NCBI GenBank assembly: GCA_028282585.1
Contig: JANQHR010000120.1
Location: 1 to 23,986, forward strand
Length of the DNA: 23,986 bases
Direction of reading: 5' to 3'
Source of the DNA: Bacteroidales bacterium
GTDB taxonomy: Bacteria > Bacteroidota > Bacteroidia > Bacteroidales > UBA12077
Below are positions 18,384-23,986 of the stretch, piece by piece. The first letter of the stretch is position 1; each line of letters starts with the position of its first letter. The notes under the pieces were generated by a model. That model did no database searches and was not told where the DNA came from. It saw only the letters and a program-made list of their open reading frames with translations. The translations under genes were made by a program, and so were the position numbers.

Positions 18384-19277
18384 ATGGAAAAAATATTCAA
18401 ATTAGCATTCATTTTTGTTTTCGTAATACTCATCTCGTGTAAACCTGAAGTTCAGCATATTGAAAGTGATTTTAAATTTGCTTTCTTAACCGATATTCAT
18501 GTTCAACCCGAAAGAAATGCAATAAATGGATTTAAGCGAGCCATTGATACAGTTAATAAGTTGAATCCGGACTTTGTAATAACCGGCGGTGATTTAATAA
18601 TGGATGCATTAGAGCAAAACTTCGAGCGGTCAGACAGCCTTTTCAAAATATTTAATGAAACGACTGATTTATTGAAGATGCCGGTTTATAATACGTTAGG
18701 AAATCATGAAATTTTTGGATGGTTTAATAATGAGGTAGATACTCTGCATGAAGAATATGGTAAAAAAATGTACGAGAAAAGAACTGGCAAAAAGAGATAT
18801 TACGCGTTTAACTATGGAGGTTGGCGTTTTTATATTTTCGACTCTGTTCATCAAAGAGATAATAGCCAATATTATGGGCATATTGATGCTGAGCAAATGA
18901 AATGGTTAGAAGAGGACTTAAAACATATTGGTAAATCAGTTCCAATAGCTATTAGTACACATATTCCATTGGCTACCGTATGGACACAACTTCAGTATGG
19001 CGCCGAACAAGCAAATTTCCCAGGTGTAGTTATAACGAATGCAAAAGAGGTTCTGAAATTATTTAAAGATCATAATTTAAAACTTGTTCTTCAGGGACAT
19101 CTTCATTTTTATGAAAATATTGAAGCGAATGGTATACATTTTATCACTGCAGGTGCTGTAAGCTCAAAATGGTGGAAGGGGAAAAATAATGGATTAGAAG
19201 AAGGTTTTTTAATGGTATATGTTAAAGGCGAAGAATTTGAGGTAGATTATATAGACTATGGTTGGGAAGTTGAATAA
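18384..19277 (+). CDS. Calcineurin-like metallophosphoesterase lipoprotein (Icc/CpdA-like)
   Basis: All five metal-binding motifs are present: DIH, GGD, GNHE, HIP and GHLH. Lipobox VILIS-C19. Confidence 0.92.
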   Translation: MEKIFKLAFIFVFVILISCKPEVQHIESDFKFAFLTDIHVQPERNAINGFKRAIDTVNKLNPDFVITGGDLIMDALEQNFERSDSLFKIFNETTDLLKMPVYNTLGNHEIFGWFNNEVDTLHEEYGKKMYEKRTGKKRYYAFNYGGWRFYIFDSVHQRDNSQYYGHIDAEQMKWLEEDLKHIGKSVPIAISTHIPLATVWTQLQYGAEQANFPGVVITNAKEVLKLFKDHNLKLVLQGHLHFYENIEANGIHFITAGAVSSKWWKGKNNGLEEGFLMVYVKGEEFEVDYIDYGWEVE

Positions 19278-19325
19278 AATCTGTGATCTTATATAACAAT
19301 AACAAACTAAAAAAATCGGCGATAT

Positions 19326-19361
19326 GGGCTGTTCGAAAACTTTTCGACAGCCCTTTTATTT
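19326..19361 (+). terminator. Probable intrinsic terminator of the phosphoesterase gene
   Basis: Hairpin GGGCTGT(T)CGAAAA-C-TTTTCGACAGCCC followed by TTTTATTT, about 50 bp after the stop codon. Confidence 0.8.
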
Positions 19362-19559
19362 GTATCCTATTCAAAGCTTTTTCAAATATCTTATTCTGTA
19401 AAAGATAAGCTGACTTTTCGGGCAACCTCCTTTTATTTCCAAATAATTTTAATAGTTACTTTATCTTACCTGATTTGAGGCTAGCTTTTATCTAATCATT
19501 AAACGAAAGAAAGAGCATTATTTTAACGTAATATAATTCGATAAAAAACTGAAAATAAT

Positions 19560-19567
19560 TACCTTTG
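19560..19567 (+). promoter_or_regulatory. Bacteroidetes -7 promoter box (TACCTTTG)
   Basis: Exact TAnnTTTG match 22 bp upstream of ATG 19590. Confidence 0.6.
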
Positions 19568-19589
19568 AATAAAGATCAAATTAACTGCT

Positions 19590-20072
19590 ATGGAACCTTT
19601 TTCAATTAATTTAAACCAAATGGCGGACAAAGGCAGCCGCTATAAAAGGTTAGTCTTAATTCTTGCCTTAAGTTTCTTAGCAACATCCGCAATCATTTTC
19701 TGGATACTTTACAAAAAGGAAAATCCCGTTGAATGGATTTTCCTGGGATTAGGATTATACTTTCTTCTGTTTATATACTTTGGTTATGTGGGTTATAATA
19801 CCAAAATGTTCATTAACGGTGATGATTTTGCCATTGAATACCAGTTTGGTTTTTTTAAAAAGGTACCGGAAAAAATAATATGGGAAACCTTAACTAAAGT
19901 AAAATTAGGGTTTACTTATATTGCTTTTTTAAAAAAGACAGGAAGAAGGAAGGTAATTAAAGTTGGCTGGTTGCCTTATCAGAAAGTAAAGGAGATTAAG
20001 AATAAGGTACAAGCTATTTGCGATGAGAAGGAAATAAAAGTAGAAGTTGCCAAATATCATAATGAAGAATAG
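19590..20072 (+). CDS. Hypothetical membrane protein (2 TM helices plus a small basic soluble domain)
   Basis: Hydrophobic segments LVLILALSFLATSAIIFWILY and WIFLGLGLYFLLFIYFGYVGY. It has its own promoter box and a downstream hairpin. Confidence 0.8.
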   Translation: MEPFSINLNQMADKGSRYKRLVLILALSFLATSAIIFWILYKKENPVEWIFLGLGLYFLLFIYFGYVGYNTKMFINGDDFAIEYQFGFFKKVPEKIIWETLTKVKLGFTYIAFLKKTGRRKVIKVGWLPYQKVKEIKNKVQAICDEKEIKVEVAKYHNEE

Positions 20073-20103
20073 TTAATCCTTACTATACAAGCAATTTTAA
20101 AAG

Positions 20104-20132
20104 AAAAGGATGATAAAATTATCACCTTTTTT
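20104..20132. terminator. Possible bidirectional terminator between convergent genes
   Basis: AAAAGG(A)TGATAA-AA-TTATCACCTTTTTT hairpin flanked by A and T tracts. Confidence 0.55.
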
Positions 20133-20358
20133 CTCTTTGTTGAATATTATAAGTTACTCACTTTGCTCAAGAGAAGATTTTTAATACCCCGGTTTGTAAG
20201 GCGTTTACTCTAGACCAATTAAGAAATCGCGCCTTTTCTCAATATTAAGTAACCAACATTCTCTTGTGAACTATGTCTTGGATTATAAAAGCATGATAAT
20301 CAAGCTTATTGATTCGAAACCATTTTTTTAACATATATTATTTAATAATTTAAACATA

Positions 20359-21339
20359 TTAATTTGTAACCCATTCATTGTAAATTTGAAAACCACCCTT
20401 ATTTGAAAACTCAGGGCAATAATTTAAGTGCTTTCTTACTTTCTCTATAGACATAGTAAGAGATTTAGACATATAACCCACCGAGAACTTTGTTAATTGT
20501 GGCTCTTTTTTCCCTAATGGAAGTTTACTCATAAATTCATTAATTCGTGCTACTTTCATTGCTAAAGGAACTGGAATATTTTTTGGATTAAACTTACGCT
20601 CAAATACTTCCAATACAATGGAGAACCACTCCCTTATTGATATGGGGTCTCCATTCGAAATATTATAAATTTCGTTCCACGATTTATCCGGTACTGTTAA
20701 ACTGTAAAGTACTGCATTTGTTAAATTATCTATGTATGTGATATCTACCAGCGCTTTACCATCATTAATTAAAGGAAACTCTTTCTTATCTGACATCGCT
20801 AATATCCTGGGAACAATCGTTTGGTCATATTTCCCATATACTGCCCTGGGCCTAAAAATTATTGTTTTAAACCCTTCTTTTGCCAACTCTAACAAATCTC
20901 TCTCCGCTATCAGTTTTGTTTTACCATAGTTAAATTGCTTTTTAGGCAATGGCTCTTCCTCTTTTATATTAAATCGATCTTCTCCTGAATAATATACACT
21001 TGGGGTAGAAATGAAAATAATTTTTTTAATAAAATGTTTGCGGCATGCATTTATAATATTTCTGGTGCCTTCCACATTTATTCTGTAGAATTCCGAATAA
21101 TTACCCCAATCTGCTGCTTTCCCAGCGCAATGTATTACACAATCACACTTGCTAAAAACATGATTGACTTGTTCTTTATTTAAAATATCTAATGGTTCAA
21201 AGTAAATTCCAGAATCTAAAATCTCTTTACCAACTTTTTTAGAACGGCCCGTTGCAAGTATATCAAAACCCTTTGAGTGCAAGGTTTCTGTAAAATTTCT
21301 ACCGATAAATCCGGTTGCTCCTGTAATTATTAGTTTCAT
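20359..21339 (-). CDS. Extended SDR, NAD-dependent epimerase/dehydratase (3-beta-HSD / OleD-like)
   Basis: Rossmann motif TGATGFIG, HCAG, INVEGT, ISTPSVY, catalytic YGKTK and RPRAVYG. Confidence 0.88.
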   Translation of the reverse strand: MKLIITGATGFIGRNFTETLHSKGFDILATGRSKKVGKEILDSGIYFEPLDILNKEQVNHVFSKCDCVIHCAGKAADWGNYSEFYRINVEGTRNIINACRKHFIKKIIFISTPSVYYSGEDRFNIKEEEPLPKKQFNYGKTKLIAERDLLELAKEGFKTIIFRPRAVYGKYDQTIVPRILAMSDKKEFPLINDGKALVDITYIDNLTNAVLYSLTVPDKSWNEIYNISNGDPISIREWFSIVLEVFERKFNPKNIPVPLAMKVARINEFMSKLPLGKKEPQLTKFSVGYMSKSLTMSIEKVRKHLNYCPEFSNKGGFQIYNEWVTN

Positions 21340-21471
21340 TTTAAAATTATAATCTGGTTATCGAATTATCTTCATTCATAGTTAAACATCTGAAATCAGG
21401 TTTTAAGATTAAATACCCTTTAAGTTTTTTATTATCAGACTCAACTTATAAACGAATTATACAAATATTAT

Positions 21472-22803
21472 TTAATCCTCGCTACCTAAGATAATTTTAG
21501 ATATAAAATCAATGGTGCGATTCAAAAAAACCTCTATTTCATGTTTAGGAATAATTCTGTCACTAGAACTAATTCCTATGCGTAAAATACCATTATAAGT
21601 TAAAACGCTGATGTATTTTTGCATGGTATCAGAAATTATGGTAGGAGGCCATATTTCCTGAACCTGTCCTTTACGTTTGGAGGCGTCAAAATTTACAACT
21701 CCTAAGTTCGTTAATGTAAAGGAAGAACTCACAGAATCCAGTTTTTTCTTTTTAAGAAACTTTCGAATTGATTTATCGTTTCTTTGCTTGTGTTTATTAA
21801 GAAAAATAGCATCAACAAATTTCGGATGAAACAATCCCATAATTTGGGACTGAAATAGGTTCTTTAGTTTAAATTTTAATTTAAACTTCTTTTGAAAATT
21901 CTCGGCGTTTAACCAAAAATCTTGCTTCGTATTGTAAAAATATTTCAACCGAATAGCTGAAACGTAATATCCTACTTTATTACCCGGGTGTTCTTTTAAA
22001 TAATCCCTTAAATTAACAGATATTATATATTTATTCCTAATCGGGTTAATAGGGAATAACATTTGTTCAGCGTAGATAAATGCCGTTGCTAGAAATGAAT
22101 TAACCGTAATTCCATGTGACTTACATTTTTCTAAAATCCTACCTGTTAATTCCTTATTAAAATTTTGATTTATATAAGAAGGGGTATGGTTTTTCCAAAA
22201 ACGGCCAACCATCGATAAATAGTTATTTTGATTTAATTGCACATCACTTTTAGCCCACTTCTTATTTATTTTATTAACAAACAACCTAACTATTAATCCA
22301 TCTAGTTTTATTGGAATATTACCCGAATCCATAAGGGTTAGTTTAGGGTTAATTGTCTCCGCGGCATTCGGGTTATTAATATTCATTAGAATGTCATCCA
22401 TAAGGTACAACATCGATAACCCATCGCAAATCATGTGGTTGCTATTTATTAACAACACCGTATTTTTATCATTCGGAATTAGATTGAACCGAATTAAAGG
22501 CCCAAAATCCAGATTCAATGGTGTTTTTAATTCAGCTATAAAAATTTCTTTCAAATTATTCTCGGAATGTTCAATAATGACAGGATCATAGTGTTTGGGG
22601 AAATTAAACCAAGCGCTATTTTGTTCGTCAATTGAAATCTGAGCTTGAATGAGAAGATGTTTTTTTGCTACTTTTTCCAATACCTTCGTCAATTTTATTT
22701 TAGGCAAAACCCCTTGTATTTCAAATGCCATCAACACATTAGCATTTGGCGTGGAAACAAAGTTTCTGGGTACTCCGGTTATTTGTTTTTGTTTTAATTC
22801 CAT
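21472..22803 (-). CDS. Stand-alone condensation-domain / CoA-dependent acyltransferase (PapA5 / alcohol acyltransferase-like)
   Basis: GPLIRF followed by NHMICDGLS (an HHxxxDG variant), CKSHGITVNSFL, SVNLR and TLTNLG. Confidence 0.82.
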   Translation of the reverse strand: MELKQKQITGVPRNFVSTPNANVLMAFEIQGVLPKIKLTKVLEKVAKKHLLIQAQISIDEQNSAWFNFPKHYDPVIIEHSENNLKEIFIAELKTPLNLDFGPLIRFNLIPNDKNTVLLINSNHMICDGLSMLYLMDDILMNINNPNAAETINPKLTLMDSGNIPIKLDGLIVRLFVNKINKKWAKSDVQLNQNNYLSMVGRFWKNHTPSYINQNFNKELTGRILEKCKSHGITVNSFLATAFIYAEQMLFPINPIRNKYIISVNLRDYLKEHPGNKVGYYVSAIRLKYFYNTKQDFWLNAENFQKKFKLKFKLKNLFQSQIMGLFHPKFVDAIFLNKHKQRNDKSIRKFLKKKKLDSVSSSFTLTNLGVVNFDASKRKGQVQEIWPPTIISDTMQKYISVLTYNGILRIGISSSDRIIPKHEIEVFLNRTIDFISKIILGSED

Positions 22804-22844
22804 AACTTATTTGATTATTTTATAAAGTTGCTCATATCACATTT

Positions 22845-22865
22845 TAAGATAACGCCGTTATTTTA
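22845..22865. promoter_or_regulatory. Candidate TetR operator palindrome upstream of the acyltransferase gene
   Basis: TAAGATAACG-C-CGTTATTTTA has 9/10 arm symmetry and shares the core ATAACR-N-YGTTAT with 23511-23527. Confidence 0.7.
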
Positions 22866-22879
22866 TATGCTAAAAAAAA

Positions 22880-23509
22880 TCACATTTTTACTAAAGCTTT
22901 CCAACCATTGTAGGTATACATTGAAAATTCATCCCCCATCTTTATCATTTCTTCTTTCGATTTATTTTGTTTAATCATTTCTTGCATTAAGCTAATATGA
23001 AAAATAGCAAAGTTCCTTATAAAGAATTCAGAAATCTTTTTACCTGCAAAATACTCACTACGTTCCATATTATAGAATATTTTTAAACCTCTTTGCATTG
23101 CATCTTCAATCAATTTTTCTTTAAAATTTTGCATTTCCGATCCACTGGATTTAAAAAATAATAACTTTAACTCATCTCTAAACTTATCAGTTAAATCAAC
23201 AAATAACAGAAATCCTTTTTCTTTCCATAATTCATAGTTAATAGCTAAACTCCCCAGTCCTTCTTTTATCTCTTTATTTGTAGCGTTTTTAACAATTTTA
23301 AAACGATTTTCAAACCAAACTATAACCGGATTTACCAGTTCCCTAAAAATTTCATCTTTGTTTTTAAAGTAGATATAAATTGTACCTGTTGTGCAGTTAG
23401 CCTTTTTTGCTATTACTCTGAGCGATGAATCTTTGAAACCATGCATAAGAAACTCTTCTTTTGCAACTTTTAATACTAATTTTCGCTTCTGATCACTTTT
23501 TAGCTTCAT
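22880..23509 (-). CDS. TetR/AcrR family transcriptional regulator
   Basis: N-terminal HTH AKEEFLMHGFKDSSLRVIAKKANCTTGTIYIYFKNKDEIF. Confidence 0.95.
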   Translation of the reverse strand: MKLKSDQKRKLVLKVAKEEFLMHGFKDSSLRVIAKKANCTTGTIYIYFKNKDEIFRELVNPVIVWFENRFKIVKNATNKEIKEGLGSLAINYELWKEKGFLLFVDLTDKFRDELKLLFFKSSGSEMQNFKEKLIEDAMQRGLKIFYNMERSEYFAGKKISEFFIRNFAIFHISLMQEMIKQNKSKEEMIKMGDEFSMYTYNGWKALVKM

Positions 23510-23510
23510 T

Positions 23511-23527
23511 AAATAACAGTGTTATTT
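23511..23527. promoter_or_regulatory. Candidate TetR autoregulatory operator
   Basis: Perfect inverted repeat AAATAACA-G-TGTTATTT lying between the -7 box and the TetR start codon. Confidence 0.75.
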
Positions 23528-23530
23528 TTA

Positions 23531-23538
23531 CAAACTTA
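23531..23538 (-). promoter_or_regulatory. Bacteroidetes -7 promoter box for the TetR gene (TAAGTTTG)
   Basis: Plus-strand CAAACTTA reads TAAGTTTG on the minus strand, 21 bp upstream of ATG 23509. Confidence 0.6.
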
Positions 23539-23712
23539 CAAATTATATCCATATACTAAGCACAAAAAATCCTTTTATAAAACATAAACGCCTAGTTTAA
23601 GTTTGCGTTATCCTCCCTAAAACAAAAGAATATCTTTAGAATAAAGCAAAAAGGTACAACAGAAATATCTAATGGCTCGTAACAGTTTTACCGCTTACTC
23701 AATAGAAAAACT

Positions 23713-23986
23713 GGATCACTTGAAAAATATGGTGGATTAATAAAAAAAGTTAAGCCCATATTTTAGCTACACGATATAAGAAAAACTTAATGTCAACAAC
23801 ACCTCTTAATGTTGTTCTAAAAGCTTTCAATTTGGCATTAAAAGACTCAGCGGAAGCATTAGTACTTCGATTATCAAAATAATTTAGGATCTCTCGATAA
23901 TGGTCATGAATTGTATTCATAATGGTTTTAAATGAGTTAAAGCTTGATTCTTCTACTTTTCTATACCATTGAGCGAGTTTAGTATA
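23713..23986 (-). mobile_element. Right end of an ISL3-family (ISAon1-like) insertion sequence, truncated by the window edge
   Basis: Transposase C-terminus followed by a putative terminal IR (plus strand GGATCACTTGAAAAATATGGTGGA from 23713) with the GG terminus typical of ISL3. The other end is outside the window. Confidence 0.75.
23750..23986 (-). CDS. ISL3-family transposase, C-terminal 78 aa (5'-truncated)
   Basis: Not in the ORF track. Translates to YTKLAQWYRKVEES...ILNYFDNRSTNASAESFNAKLKAFRTTLRGVVDIKFFLYRVAKIWA*. The TNAxAExxNxKxK motif carries the catalytic Glu of ISL3 DDE transposases. Confidence 0.92.
   Translation of the reverse strand, partial: YTKLAQWYRKVEESSFNSFKTIMNTIHDHYREILNYFDNRSTNASAESFNAKLKAFRTTLRGVVDIKFFLYRVAKIWA

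Noticed and set aside
20140-20350. Intergenic stretch containing TTTTAATACCCC, a possible MITE/REP remnant or ncRNA
   Set aside because: I could not establish a convincing inverted repeat, second copy or ORF.
18696-22591. ORFs 18696-18896, 19222-19425, 20732-20929 and 22391-22591
   Set aside because: They are antisense to clear genes or run across a terminator, and are short and motif-less.

Overview
AT-rich bacterial DNA with Bacteroidetes hallmarks (TAnnTTTG promoter boxes, signal peptides followed by Gln). The left 17.8 kb is a tightly packed minus-strand operon of four Sec-signal proteins. In order they are a 1974-aa TcB/SpvB-like YD/RHS-shell protein, a 242-aa probable LolA-fold protein, and a 1643-aa protein with an FN3-like domain, an N-terminal RHS (DUF6443-like) segment and a Cys-rich tail but no RHS core. 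The fourth is a giant ORF of at least 2078 aa (6234 to <1) that the ORF track omits because it runs off the window. It carries a circularly permuted FISUMP domain inserted in a PKD-like domain, six plant-type LRRs, Ig domains and repeated CSLREA/beta-helix modules. The right part holds a metallophosphoesterase lipoprotein, a small membrane protein, a TetR / condensation-domain acyltransferase / extended SDR cluster with two matching operator palindromes, and the 3' end of an ISL3-family (ISAon1-like) element. Family assignments come from motif recognition by eye, not from database searches.
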